A stretch of DNA of 64,000 bases, from assembly GCF_009914755.1 (NCBI RefSeq), contig NC_060935.1, one strand, 5' to 3'. The notes under the pieces are model-generated. The model ran no database searches, had not been told where the DNA came from, and saw nothing but the letters and a program-made list of their open reading frames with translations. How positions within the stretch are numbered: the first letter of the stretch is position 1; the number at the start of each line of letters is the position of its first letter. Source of the DNA: the human T2T-CHM13v2.0 reference genome, Homo sapiens. The position numbers were made by a program, and so were the translations under genes. This document shows positions 49,101 to 63,707 of the stretch, piece after piece.

Positions 49101-49707
49101 GAATGTTACTTTTCAACTGAATACCCCTTCAGAACCTACACTGATAACTTTTTCTTTAAGCATAACTTTTTTATCAGAAAAGTGCCAAGATTTAATTGTG
49201 TAGTCACCTATCTACATAGAAAATAGGTAACTAATTCCATGCTCATTACACATTTTCATGAGCAAGTGCCTAATTTTGCAAGAAACAGCCTCTAGCAGGT
49301 GCAAAAGAATATTCTTACAATACAGTAGAGGGAAAATAGTTCATTAGAAGTGTAAAAATATAGATGGTGGCCATTCTGAATATAAGCTAGATATTTAATG
49401 CCAAGTTGCCACCATCAAATAATTTTCATCCATCACTAGAAAGTTCAGGAGCTGACATTTTATACTATCATGTGGAAATGCTGCAGAAATCCCAGCATAT
49501 TTCAGAAGGTAAATTTGAAGGCCTCAGATTCAGCTATCACTTGATAGACAGTTGACCTCAGTTTATGGTTTTCTACCACTAAACTGTAAATCCCTGAGAG
49601 AACTTGAATTTAATGAATGGTGGTCACAAATCCATACAGCATACAAGAGTTAATAAGTTTCAAATTAAAATTCTAATTATAGAAATGATTCACAGTCTGA
49701 TTTTTAA

Positions 49708-50117
<410 letters not shown>

Positions 50118-50140
50118 TTGGGTATGTATTTTTATAAACT

Positions 50141-50143
<3 letters not shown>

Positions 50144-50187
<44 letters not shown>
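50144..50187. repeat. (CA)22 microsatellite
   Basis: Direct count. Confidence 0.97.
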
Positions 50188-50189
<2 letters not shown>

Positions 50190-51086
50190 TGGTATTCCAT
50201 ATATCCCGCATATGGTATTCTATAACATTCCACATATAGTATTTTATAACGTTATTTTCACATAGCAATATATGGTAGGTAATTTTCCACGTTAATACAT
50301 GTACATTAATTTCATTATTTGAAGTAGCTGCAGATTAGTCCATTAATGCCAAGTTGAAAAAATTTTCTTAACCAGTCTTATATTCTAAGATTTTGTTGTT
50401 TCTTTTAATTTCTTATTGCAGAAAAGTAATAAAGTTTTTAAATTCTAAAAATATGTATTGTCAATAAGCTTAAATTTTATAATGTATGTGTAATGAGGAG
50501 GTCTTAGAAACAACTTTAAAACAAAGTGGCTAACTTTGAAACATTCTAAGAGTGGAGCCCATGATCAACAAAATTTCTCCCAAGTTCAAGTCATATGTAC
50601 TATTATGACTTTTCAAGGAGCAGAGAAATATATTTCACAGAAATGTGAATGAAGTTAATTACTCATAAAATATCAAAAGAGAACCTATAACTATGTATAT
50701 TATTGTAATTGTCCCCCATCTCTATACCTTCTTATATAAGTTTAAAAAAGTAGAAAATATCATTGATGAATAATTATAATTTTTCACAATTAGATTAAAA
50801 ATAAAAAATTAATAAATATACTGTATTTGTTAAATGATATTTAAGAACTTCTAGTTAGAGTCACATGGAAATACCTATAATAACTATCCTATACATTTTT
50901 AAATATTGTAGAACAGGAAAAAATAGACAAGATAATCCCATATATTAGAAAAATCCCTGCATAAAGGAAAATTTTTGTTTATACCTATAGTGAAAAACTA
51001 TTATAAAAGTGTTCTTTTCTTTCTTATAAAGAGAGAAAATCTGCTTAATATCCAGTTCCTTCAACTAATATAATTCAAACACAGAG

Positions 51087-51387
51087 TCCAGATGTGGTGG
51101 CTCATGCATGTAATCCCAGCACTTTAGAAGCCTTAAGCAGGAGAATCACTTGAGCCTAGGAATTCAAGACTAACCTGGGCAACCTGTCTCTACAAAAAAA
51201 AAAAAAAAATTTAAAATTAACTGGGCATAATGGTGCACACCTGTAGTCCCAGCTACTCAGGAGGCTGGGGTGGGAGGATCACTTGAGTCTAGGAGGTTGA
51301 GGCTGCCGTAAACTGTGATCATGCCGCTGAACTCTAGCTTGGGCAACAAAGTGAGATGCTATTTCAAAAACCAAACCAAAACAAAAG
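51087..51387 (+). mobile_element. AluJ
   Basis: J-type 'cttgagcctagga' and 'gaggctgc'; ~12-bp deletion after 'gggcaac'; TSD aaacacagag at 51077-51086 and 51388-51397. Confidence 0.9.
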
Positions 51388-51804
51388 AAACACAGAGACA
51401 GTGGATGTCAAGACCAATGGTATTTGCTTTTTTTCCATGTGTATTTAACATTCCTATATTCAAATGTATGAACAATTTTCTAAATAATTATAGCATGTCG
51501 GTTATGTCATATTCTAGAAAAATAATGTTCTTACAAATTAGGTTCTAAGGAATTGATTTTCTGTAGAAATTATACCATAAAAAATTTTTCAGTCCGAGCT
51601 TTTTCAGATTTAAATACAAATTTTTTTAATAGTATTTTGTCTCTAAATGTTCATGTTTGAGCATAAACCCTAATTGCCATTTTTAAAAATTCTAGTTATA
51701 ATTTATTGGCACAGTAGGTATGTATTGGGAGGATACATACACATAGACGGTCTTTCCTTGGTAGTGCCTAGTGCTACAATCAGAATTATAGCAAAAAGTT
51801 AAAT

Positions 51805-51808
<4 letters not shown>

Positions 51809-51842
<34 letters not shown>
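51809..51842. repeat. (CA)17 microsatellite
   Basis: Direct count. Confidence 0.97.
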
Positions 51843-51846
<4 letters not shown>

Positions 51847-53484
51847 CTTGCCCATATCCAGTGCATCATATAGAGATGGGAGAAGTATTCCGAAAAATGA
51901 AACAAGTAAATTCAAGCACAATGACAGAACTAATATTTCATCACCAAAACAAGAGACGGCTTGAATTTGATTGAAGCATTTGTAAATTCCTAATACACTC
52001 CATTATATTGTGTTTGGTGTAATTTTTAGTAGGTAAGCCTCCTTTCCCCCAGAAAAATTCAAAAGAACATATACAAAGCATGCAAGATTATGCTTTTTAT
52101 TTCCATATATTCTTCATCAGCCTTAGTGTCCTTGGTTGGTGTAAAAAAATGGAAAACTGAGTGTGTGGACCTGATCTTCTTTAGAGAGTTTCAGACCTTA
52201 GGATTAGACTCTAAATCATGATATATCCATCAAGACAGTGGTGACCAGAGAGGAACCCATTCTGTTGGCCAGCTGCCCCTGCCCATCATGTATCATACTC
52301 TATTTCATTCAACCTTGCAATATCAAGTTCAGTTTTTAAAATTAGTAAATATTACTTCACGACTTCAAAATATTGATCATTTTTATTTTTTTCTTGCCTG
52401 TGGTTTTCTCTTCCTTGAAGTCTGTTTTGTCAGATCTTTTTTTTTGCCTTTTTAAAGAAAAATTACACATCAAGAAAATTGTGGCACTTCTCATAATTTT
52501 ATGAGAACCATAATGTCTAGAATACCCTAACACTTATTATTGGTTCTCGGAATATCAGCGTTTTTTTCCAGAAAAAAAAAAGCAATACTCTCCAAAAACA
52601 AAATACTACCTTCAGATTTTTCTAATTGAGTTAGCTCCTTTACTGAAATCAAAAATCTATATGATGGAGCTTCATAGTTGATTTTTATTGTGATATGTGA
52701 AGCCTGATTTTTTTATCACCTAATTGGTAGATAACTCAGAATTTTGATTGTAAAAATCAAACAAGTCAATATCTCATCTAAATTGAGAAGAAAGAATACA
52801 ATTTGATAAGCAAAATATTCCAAGGAAATGACTGCAGATTCAGACCATGGTAGGGGAATAGATATGGAGACATATCAATCTGTTAAAGGACTTTTATGTG
52901 GAAGAATGTGATTTTAATTGCAGTATAACAACTAAGGTCAAGAGAAGTAGGTGAAGTTGAACCACTTCATGAAATGCTATGCTGTGGAAAGAATTTGAGG
53001 GCTGGAAAGAGTTTGAAATGATGGTTTAAGCAATCATGGGAAAATTCTAGATAGAGGTGATATAAAGTGCTTCACAGAGATATCGTTTTACTAGGACTTT
53101 TTAATGGTGTAGAGAAAGCTGACATATTGCTGCAAGGGAAAAAACATTTGATTTCCTAAGTTTGACATGAGTGTATTAATATGACTAGTCTATTAACTCG
53201 AGATATGCTCTTTTCACCAACCCCTTAAATCCTCAATTTTCCGTAAAAGTCAGCAGCTATAAATCCAAACTATTATTTAAGTGGACTAATCTAGGGGATA
53301 GACTTGGGTATGTGGTGTTAATAAACGCATTTGGCTGCATATCTAACACTATATTATTAGAATAAATTGTATGAGTATTAAAGTTGGCTTTTGTACTTTC
53401 CCTTGGCTCTCTACTGTCTTAAATTTTGGTTGATTCCAAACTCTGGAAAAATGCTTTCTATTCCCCTTCAAATGTCCAGTGATT

Positions 53485-53786
53485 GGCCGGGTGCAGTGGC
53501 TCACGCCTGTAATCCCGGCACTTTGGGAGGCCGAGGTTGGCGGATCACGAGGTCAGGAGATCGAGACCATCCTGGTTAACATGGTGAAATCCTGTCTCTA
53601 CTAAAAATACAAAAAAATTAGTCGGGCGTGGTGGCAGGCGCCTGTAGTTCCCAGCTACTCGGGAGGCTGAGGCAGGAGAATGGTGTGAAGCCGGCACGCG
53701 AGCTTGCGGTGAGCGGAGATCGCGCCACTGCACTCCAGCCTGGGCGACAGAGGGAGACTCTGTCGCAAAAGAAAAAAAAAAAAAAA
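53485..53786 (+). mobile_element. AluY
   Basis: 'ggatcacgaggtcaggagatcgagaccatcc', 'gagcttgc'; TSD tccagtgatt at 53475-53484 and 53788-53797. Confidence 0.94.
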
Positions 53787-55546
53787 TTCCAGTGATTTCA
53801 ATTCCTTATCTTAGGTAGTTGACTCTAGCAAAAGAGTAGAAAAAAATGTAGTTGGAATCACAAATAAATTAGAGATAGTGAGACCATAGGGTAGGTTACT
53901 GCACAAGGTAAGTGGTTGAGAGGGTAGAAAGAATTTAAAAGTAAAGAAACACATCAATAAATTGAATCAACAAGCATTTATTCAAGCAGTCATATTGGAA
54001 AGGGGAAGAACCAACTGCATTGAATTAAACCATTGAATTATGGTTTTATAATTTATGAACCTAGCCAATAGCCTTAACCAATTTCAGCCTGAATATAGTT
54101 TTCTGAATTATCAAGTCATTGAGCCCTAACTAAAAAAAAAAAAAAAGTAAGGTAACTGTTTTTTATCTGTCTTGTTTTGTTTTACTTAGAGGCAAGAACA
54201 ATTAGAGAAGGTAAAGGGAACCCACCTAGATGATTGTGGCAATATATGTGTGAACAGTATATCATCAAGTAATATCATTCAGGTCCTATCTATATTTGAA
54301 TAAATATTGAGCTAAATAATTAGAATCATTTGCCTAAGCCCTTCTTTGTGGATAATTCAAAACTTAGTCCTTAGACCCATTAGGCTGATTCAAGACCTCA
54401 AGGAGAATACAAAGCAGAATTACATTAATTAATCAATTAATTAGTTCCTTACTTTTTCATATATATTACTCTCCTGAAATTGGTTTTATAATAATTTATT
54501 TTTATAAGAGGTTCACTGTTTTTGTCATGTGGGTAGTGCATTATGAAGTTGTTATTAAACTAAGGTAATTTAAACAGAAAGGGAATTAAATTTTATTTGG
54601 TATGCAGTTCTGGGGATTTTCTATATGCAATTGCATTTAATCACAAATTGAAGCATTATTATCACTATATTAAAGGTAATGAAACAGGTTCAGAGTTATT
54701 AAATGAATTACCAAAGCTCACAAGCTACTCTCAATATGGATACTAAGTATTAACACTAAAAATACTGGTATGATGAGTGATTGGATCAAATCAGGGAATT
54801 CTTTTTAATTTTTTTCTTTACTTCTTTCATCTGTTCAGGTTGTATAACACTCTATTCTCTCTAAGCTACCAGCAAATTGTGTCAGAAAAAAAAGTGTAAG
54901 GAGCTCTATCAAGTTTCTGCAACTAAAATGAATGAACTATTATAATCTGCCTAGATTTTGAAGGCAAGTTTCAGGGATAGTTCATAATAGTGAAGAACAC
55001 ATCAGAGATAATTTTTCTTATGCCAACAACAGCCTTTCTGTTCTAAAATGATAAAATTTAGAGATGAAAAGGACAATATGAAGTCTGTAATCCATACTTC
55101 CCCCATAATATTTTTGTCCTCACTACAGTTTATAACAGTATAAAGAAAATTTATAACAACCCAAAGTAATCCAGTCTGTATTTTTCAGTTGACTTCTTAT
55201 TGAAACTCTTGCCAAATCTCCACTCCTACCCAGTGTTACACATATCAGCCAACCACATACATCTGTACAATCTATCAGCCAAATCTGACAGACAGTAAGA
55301 TTCAGGCCAAGATCCTGAAATAAAGCTTTTTCCTTTCTTCAGTGGTCTCTCTTTTAATTTATTATGGTGTTTTTGTTATTTAACATCATTCTAAGTAAAG
55401 AAAGAAAAATGCTAGCATGGATTTTTTTTCATTCAGATTTATAGTCTGCAATGTTGGTTTAAAATGCAAATATAAGGGCACTTAACTCATCTGGAAAAAC
55501 TACAATAGCAGTTTATATTTCATATCTCATTTCTTGAGGATACTTC

Positions 55547-56402
55547 TAGCGAGCCAGAGACATAAAATGCAACTCATACTAAGTGGGGTTGGAGGGAGGA
55601 AAAGAAAGTCGAGGCCAGGCATAGAGCCACCTCGAAGGGGTGCTGCCTTGGGTATGGGAATACTGAGGATTGCCTCCTGGATGCCCAACCCAAGATTGGA
55701 GGCATCTAGCAGGCACTTGCTGGGACCTAAGTATATCCAGTTTCCCCCTTCCATGAGTTGCCAGACTAATGCACAACACTGGGCTGGCAGCAGGCTCTGG
55801 GAAATTTGAGCCAGACATTCCCAGCTTTCAGTAGTTTGCTGCTCCAAACTATGGTAGAAGGGCTTACTCCATCCAACTTTAAGACATGGCCTCTAGCTGC
55901 CTACTGGATGTACCAGGGCATTGGGCAGCCCTTGGCAGAGGGGAGAGGTACCACCCCCAAACTTACCCTGAGACACCCTGGAGTACATGCACCCAACTCT
56001 GACCCAGGTCTTCTGGATTCCACTCAGGTCCCCACTGAGGGCAGAGGGCAATGGCAGAATGCCCCCATTGGCAGAACAGACTCCCCTGTTCCCTATCCCC
56101 AGTCCCCTGACCCCCAATGCCTGATAAGATCAGTTGCTGTCCCAGATGGAGGGAAGCAGAGGTAGTGGCCAGGCCTGAGGTGTTTGGGAGCCAAAACTGT
56201 ATGAAAAACTGACACTGAGTTTCCTCTGCCTCCCACCCCGACCATGGTCTATTGTGTCACTGGGATTCACTTGAAAATACAAATTTAATTATATTAAAAA
56301 TTTTAAGACTGTGACAATAGAGTATTAAACCAAGCACTGGGCCCTTTTGAGCTTGGGGCCCTGTGGGACTGCAGAGGTTGCATGCCTATGAGGACAGCCC
56401 TG
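55547..56402. mobile_element. MER45 (MER45B-like) hAT-Tip100 DNA transposon relic
   Basis: Terminus 'ggggccctgtgggactgcagaggttgcatgcctatgaggacagccctg' matches the recalled MER45 end; GC-rich interior against AT-rich flanks; left boundary uncertain. Confidence 0.7.
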
Positions 56403-58920
56403 GCTATAGGACAGTTGATTGTTGATGTACACATGCATATGAACAAGTCAAGTCAAGCTGGTGGCAAGCCTCAGGGACTGAAGGCCAAGAGACCGGACAC
56501 CAGAAGATATGGCTCTATTTGAAGATCTATCCCTCTCTCGCTAAGTGGCTCATAAATACCTCAGCCAAATCATCAATCATATTTATATTTCTGTTAGTTT
56601 ACTACAGGTTTTGGTACCAAAGAACTGTTGCCAGGTCTCGGTCCACAATGTTTATAAATGTCATCACATTTTGTAGTTTAAATACTGTGAAGTTAGGAGT
56701 CTAGACAAACTATTAAACAGTAAGCATGCTTAAGGTTTCTCTACATGATCCATAATCCAAGAACTTTCAGAAGTTCAGATGAACACAGACCCAAATTAAC
56801 TATGTTTTTCCACTACATTTGTATCATTGCCTTATTAGAGCTCATGTTCTAGAGGATATTCAAATGATGATGATAAGCACCATTGGAAATATTTAGGTAG
56901 ATATATTAGTTGATGTTTTGATGAACATTAAAGCTCATTACAGTAATAGCTTATCAAAAACTAAATAATTGTATCAATTTTAATTAGGTCAACAAATAAT
57001 TGTTAAGTGCATTTGGCTGGACAAGGTACTATGGGGAACTAGAAAGACCAAAAAAAAAATAATCACCATTCTCTAGAAGTTTACTGTATTTAGTTTCTGT
57101 CTGTATTTGATAGAAACTACAAAACATTTACGTGTTTTGTAAAAATCTCTTTCAAAAATGTCAAAAATAGGCATTGGTAGAGAAATCTGATATATTTGAA
57201 TGCCATTCTTTGATAATATATAAAATCTCTAATGGTATATACTTAAAAGTTTTCCCAGTATTGGTTTTTCAGAAGCGGATACAAGATTTGGGAAAATAAC
57301 ACGGAATAACGTGACTCAGCCGAATATATTTGATTCCATGTGACATGAATTTTAAATCAACAATGAATACAAATTGAAGGCGGAAAAGACACTGTAGAAA
57401 GATAATAAGCAACTTGTGCATCATAGTTGGAATGAGAGTTGAAATGTCTTCAGCGTGTTGCCTTAGGGGACTTAGTCATACCTTGTGGATATTACCACTT
57501 TCTTCCCTTCTCCACCCACTCCTTTCTCCTGGTATTGACTAAATCTCTGGGTATCTGACAGTCCCCTTCAATTTGAACCTAAAATAACAGTCCCAGTTAT
57601 ATTGAAACTAATCATAGCTCTGCCTATTTAGCTAATAGCTATGTATCAGAACAGTTTATTAAGTAAATAGATTTTTTAAAAGTTAATAAAGGAATATTTA
57701 ACCACTAAAATAGTACAATGTGTCAGTTAATTAAAATTGCTTTTCATTACTTTTTCAGAGTAATGTCTCCAATTGGCCACGTTTATTTTTTTAATATATA
57801 TTTTACATCTATAATTTAGAAAATGTATGAAAACCAAGGCAACACTTGTGTATTCTATTGTAATTATGTGTCTTACCTTGTATATAAATTCATAAAATAA
57901 AAATGCCTCAAAATTAATGATTTATTCCTAACAAGGTGAATTATCAAATGTCACATGAAGCTAATAAACATAGGTCTTTGAGATCAAAAAGTCATATTTA
58001 AATCTGAATTGTATTTTCATACAGAAAGTTAATTATTTTCTGCTGAGATTGATAGTGTATTCCCTTAGCCACTTCAAAATATTTTTAAAAATCAGATACT
58101 GTCAAAACTCTGCATTTGAAAAACAAAAAAAGGATGAATACACATTTAAGAGAAGAGAATAAACTACAATGCAATAACCTATTTCTAATCTCCAGATACA
58201 GATGGGAGATGGCATTGATCATGTCTGGGCATAAATGAAGCTTTAAGGAAGTTAGTTTAACCTATGTAGTTGGACACCAAAGGTCACTGTCACACTCAAA
58301 CAACCTCACTACCTGCCTTTTTTGTATCCGAGGGCTGATTTTTATCTAGGGATGACTTCAGTGACTTTCCCACAGGCAAGTTAAACCTTTCAGTGTACTC
58401 AGCATTATTTGAGATTTCTCAAAGACTTAGGCTAAATTGTCTTTTTCTGTTTATCACTGTAATGGTTTTTCTGGTACAATATCGCTCACATTATCTTTTA
58501 ATTTATTAGTCCCATGGGATACATGCTGTCTGTGACTGTGTCTGTCATGAATGCCTCAGACAGAAAAGATTGTGCTCAGAATCAGTGCCACAACAAGCTG
58601 TAGTTGTGCAATCACTTCATTAAGGAGTTGAGAGCAAGGACTTATAATCTTGTGATGCCATCTAAATTGGAAAATATAAATGACTACTTTTAGCATCATA
58701 TCAATAAAAGGAAATATAAAATATTGAAAGGTGCTTACCTAGTAATGACAGATCTTACAGAAATACACAATAAAGTAAAAAAAAAAATTCCAAATGAGGA
58801 CTAATCCTCTGTGGGAAGTGATTTGATATGGGACAAACCACTGTGAATGTTACACAGTCTTTTCCTCTATGATTCTGTATTGGAAAGCAAGGGGGACATC
58901 AATTTGCTTTTTATTTTCAT

Positions 58921-59072
58921 TTTTTTGACACAGGGCCTCATTCTGATGCCCAGGGTGGAGTACGATGGTGTGATCACAGCTGACTGTAGACTCTACTTCC
59001 CAGGCTCAAGTGATCCTCCTGCCTCAGCCCCCCAGGATGCTGGGATTATAGGCATGAGCCACTGCATCCAGC
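58921..59072 (-). mobile_element. Free Alu monomer (FRAM-like)
   Basis: Single ~150-bp right-arm-type monomer with its own 5' end; TSD tattttcattttt / tatttcattttt. Confidence 0.85.
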
Positions 59073-60399
59073 TATTTCATTTTTTAATCCACAAAATGTA
59101 TTGATTTCCATTTTATAAAAATTAGTTTTGCATCATCCTCCTCTATTTGGCAGACTTTCAGAACCAAAGCACTTTGTTTATTCTTCTCTAAATCCGTATC
59201 CTGGTTTTAAAACCGTTAATATCTGAATTTTACTACATTTAGATCTAAGCCATAGTTCTTATAAATCATTATAACAAAACATATCTGTCTACACATTACA
59301 TTTTTTCTACCTTGAAGAGGGCAGTCAATAATAGAATGTAGTAGCAATTTTTCCATTGCCAACTCTCTGATAAATATTTAGGTTTTCAAATACTCATTCT
59401 AAAGTGTCTAAGGCTCAAACAATTCGAATATTACTAACTAGACATAACTTTCTGTAAGCGCTAAGGAAAAAGAATGATCTAAAACTCAATTCATTTTTAA
59501 TACTGCTATAATCCAATTAGTATATAGAACATGTATTTGAATTAAAATCAATAAGCAATAGGTATTTTACATACTAATTGATAATCAGATTAAATATACT
59601 TATAATGGTATTCAAATAGATTTTAGAGAGTTGGGTTGATTAAAGAAGGATTCAAGGACAAGGTTATAATCTCAAATTTTTTAAAAACACAGAATTTAAT
59701 GGGCATTACAAATGAGGTTTACTTCATAACAAATGATCAGTAATAAAAATGCAAATGCTAATTCAAGGATGAACAAGCACACAAAATTCAGCAAAATAAA
59801 TGATATTAAAAAGCTGAAATTCAAGAAAAGGAATGGGTGAAATGGACAATAGTTATTGCAGAAAACTATGCATAGCTTCAACAGATTATTGCCTTGTAGG
59901 AATGTGGGCCCAAGTTGCCAAACTTCCTGTGTTGTCATAGAGCTAAAGTATGGATGGTTGTAGGAAATCCTTTATAATTTAATTCAAACAATTTTTTAAA
60001 TATGCAAACAATGCTAAATACTTTACTAAGCAAGATTACATGTGTAGACAACCACTTTGTCATTTCACTTGTATATGATCAACAGATGAGGTATTTGGGT
60101 ATACAATGAAGTAATTGTCACTCGGTCAAGATATATAACTGTCCCATCACCCTAATGAATTCCCTTGTAACATTTCTAATTTAGTATCACCCACCTTTCA
60201 CAAAGAAACTATTATTCTAACCTGTGTCATTAACAATTAGCTTTGTTACATTAGCAGCGTTTCACTGTGTTTATTGTTGTCTAGTATTCCATTGTGTGAC
60301 TACAGTAATATATTTATCCATTTTTCTGCTCATAAATATCAAAATTTGTTATGAGTGGAGAGCAGTATTTAGAGAACTAATGTCAAAATGCATACATAC

Positions 60400-62360
60400 A
60401 CATAAATTGGCAATATTTTTCATAGAAATATAAAACAACAAGGAGAGACTTACACTATAAGGATATATGCAAATATGATAAAACTGCAATGATTAAAACA
60501 TATGTAATAAGTCTGAATCAACATACAGATCAATAAAACAATACAAATCTTAGAGAAGGATCCCAGAACATAGAAAATATAGTGTAAAATTTAGTCTCCC
60601 TTTCAATAAGAAAAGTTGGATTATTCCATAAATGATTCTGAAAGAAGTGAATAGTCATAAATATAGCAATAAAGTAGAAAATGTTTTAAATAGAACAAAA
60701 TTAAAATTGTGTGTATTCTGTGTTTTCTAACAAAATAGAAAGTGACCTAGAGCCTGGAAGACATAAATAGGCATTTCGAAGAAAAGGAATTACAAATGGT
60801 ATTATATATCATATAAGTAGTTTTCTATGTATATAATATAATACATTATATGACTATAGTATAATATACTATAATATTGTAATATATCTAGTTAAACATG
60901 ATAATAGGATAAATGCAAATATGTTATCTTTCCCTTATCAGATTTATGAAAAATAAAAAGTCTGATATTTCATTGAACTGGCAAGCATGTGAAAATAGCC
61001 ATTATTAAAGAAAGGTCAATATAGCAATGTCTATTAAAATGCAAAACATATATGAGTTTTGACCCAGTGCTTTTCTTTCTTAGATCTTATAGTTTCACAA
61101 TGTGCAAAGATAAATGTAAAATATTTTTCTCTACACAACTGTTTGTAATATTTAAGTTCTGTATGGCTTTCAGTCCATTTGGGCTGCTATAACAAAATAA
61201 TCATAAATTGGGTAGTTTAAAAAAACACCAATTTATTTCTCACAGTCTGGAGACTGGAAGGCACAGGAGATCAAGTCACTGGCAGATTCAGTGTCTAATG
61301 AGAGCCCATTTCTCATAGCACAACCTTCTAGCTGTGTCCTCACATGATGGAAAGAGCTCCTTAACTCTCTTGGATCTCTTTTATAAGAGCCCATTCACGA
61401 AGGCTCCGCCTTCATGACTTTCACCTCCTAAAGGCCCGAAGTCTTAATTCTATTGCATTGAAACTAGGTTTCAACATATGAATTCAGGGAAGATACAAAC
61501 AGTCGTAGAGAGTCTAAGTATTTGTTAAATGGATACTGGCTAAATAAATTGTAATGCATCCATAAAATAGAGTACCATTCTGTGTCTATACATACTAATC
61601 TGGAAGGTTTTCTAAGACACATAATTAAATAAAAATGCAAGGAGAAGCATATTGTCTCTAGTACGTTTCCCAAAGAGGAAAATTATACACATTTAATTTT
61701 ATATGCAGAAATTCTCTGAAAGAATACCATAAATTTCTAATAATGCTGACTAGCAAAGGGGACCCAGCCATTCGAGGTCAAGGAAAATGATTTCACATAT
61801 ACTTTTGTATCCTTTAAATTTCAAATTATGAATGAGTCACCTTCAAAAATTAAGTAAGCATTTTTTTTCCAAATGGAATGTCATGATAAAGCTCTATTAA
61901 CTATAAAATGCTGAAAAGGTAAGAATTTATTTCATATTTTATTGCCACTAAGCACTATCTGTGAAATTTGTTAAATGATTAGGCAATAGAATTTTAAATT
62001 ACATTTATCTTATTATAAAAACTATATACGCTCACTGCATGAAATGGGGAAGGTATAATGCTAATAATTTTAATACACAAAGAACTCTGCAAATTGCTAA
62101 AAATAAGAACAATTCAAACATATAAAAGGCAATTTATAAAACAGGAAATGCAAATGGCTAATAAGCATACGAAAAGATGTCCAAACTCACTAGTAGATCA
62201 GATAATGAAAATTACAGCAATAATATAATCCTTTTCACCCTATAAAATGACAACAAGTATCAAGATTAATAACATTGAGTACTAATAAGTGTGCAGTGAA
62301 ACAGGTAGTCTCATGAATTGCTGATAGAAGTTTCAATTGCTAGCAAGTATTAGAAAACTA
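60400..62360 (+). mobile_element. Ancient L1ME-type fragments (interrupted by MLT1A)
   Basis: 'ggagagacttacacta', 'caaatggctaataagcatacgaaaagatgtccaaactcactagt' and similar motifs; boundaries approximate. Confidence 0.5.
61165..61508 (-). mobile_element. MLT1A-like MaLR solo LTR
   Basis: 'agtccatttgggctgctataacaaaata...aatttatttctcacagt...ctgtgtcctcacatg...gtttcaacatatgaatt'. Confidence 0.88.
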
Positions 62361-63707
62361 AAGTTGGGAAGAACATTTTATTTTCTTCTTTTGGGGTAAG
62401 TAATACATACACATAATAAACATAATTCAAAATTCAAAATATATAAAGGACGAATAGTGAAAATTATCTTTTACACTATTATCACCTGGCTAGTTTTCAG
62501 CTCTTCTCTTAGAAGGCAACTAATGCCATCATTAACTTGTAAGTTTCAATGGAGGTGTACATATGTATATGTGTATGGATGCACATACATACATTTTATA
62601 TACACATATATAATATATATGTTTACTTATATATTTTCTATTCACATATACAATGCATTAACTCTCTTTTTTATGCCTATGATAGAATGTTACATTCATT
62701 ATTTCACAATTTTTCTTTCACTAACCTATAGCATTCTTTATTTGGTGGTGGTATGGGAGTGGGTGCCTATTCCAATGTACAGAAGTACGTAATTTACTTG
62801 CATTGTCATTTGTGACTATTGAAGCTCTTCACAATCTTTTGCTATTTTTCACTGAATAAAAACACAGATATTTAATTTCAAAATAAAAGAAGAAAGCAAA
62901 ATTTTACATTAAAAAGATATCGCTGAAACAAATTCCAGAGCTGATGAATGCAAGGAATGAAATTTTAAAAATGCATCAGAAAGCATCAACAACATGTAAA
63001 ACACAGGAATTAATATAGTAGTTTTCTCAATTTACATTAATAGATTTTATGGATATATCAAAATATATAAAATACTAACATTGACCAACAATAACAGAAA
63101 AATCTATACAAGCAATTACTATAGAAACAGTTAAGAAATATATTTTTAAAATTTCCCATTATCTTTATTCACCATTTCAACTTTCAATTACCTCCTTTGC
63201 CAAAATAAAAGTAAGACAACAGAAAGATTTTATACGTGAATGCTCACAAATTTTTCAATGAACAAATAATTCTGAAGCTATTTAATCTATTTTAAGAAAC
63301 AGAGAGGAAAGGAATGTTCTGAAACTATTGTTATGGAAAGGCAGAACAGGGACTGTAAAAATCTATATTTAATAACATTTATAAATATGATACAAAGAGC
63401 AAAATTATAATACCATACATGTAGATATTAACCATGTTAAACAATATTATTTGTCATTATGTGTAAATAGAGTACATATGGGTAAGTATATTAAAACATG
63501 TCTAAGAAATTACATCAGGAAAATGGTGGAAAAGAAGTTTTCTACCATAACTTCCAATAGAAGCATCAATTTTGACAAACATCAATGAAACAGAATGCCT
63601 TTATGGGAGCCTGGGGGGTCCAGCAGAGAAGTTCCAGTACACCATTGTAACAAAATTCTCGAGAATAGGTGCACTGAAGAGGTTAAGAAGAAGAGTTTCA
63701 CTTTACC

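Noticed and set aside
55527-56165. Cluster of overlapping 74-119 aa ORFs in a GC-rich island
   Set aside because: Lies within a MER45-like DNA-transposon relic; GC richness lowers stop frequency; no recognisable domain; CpG-poor, so not a CpG island
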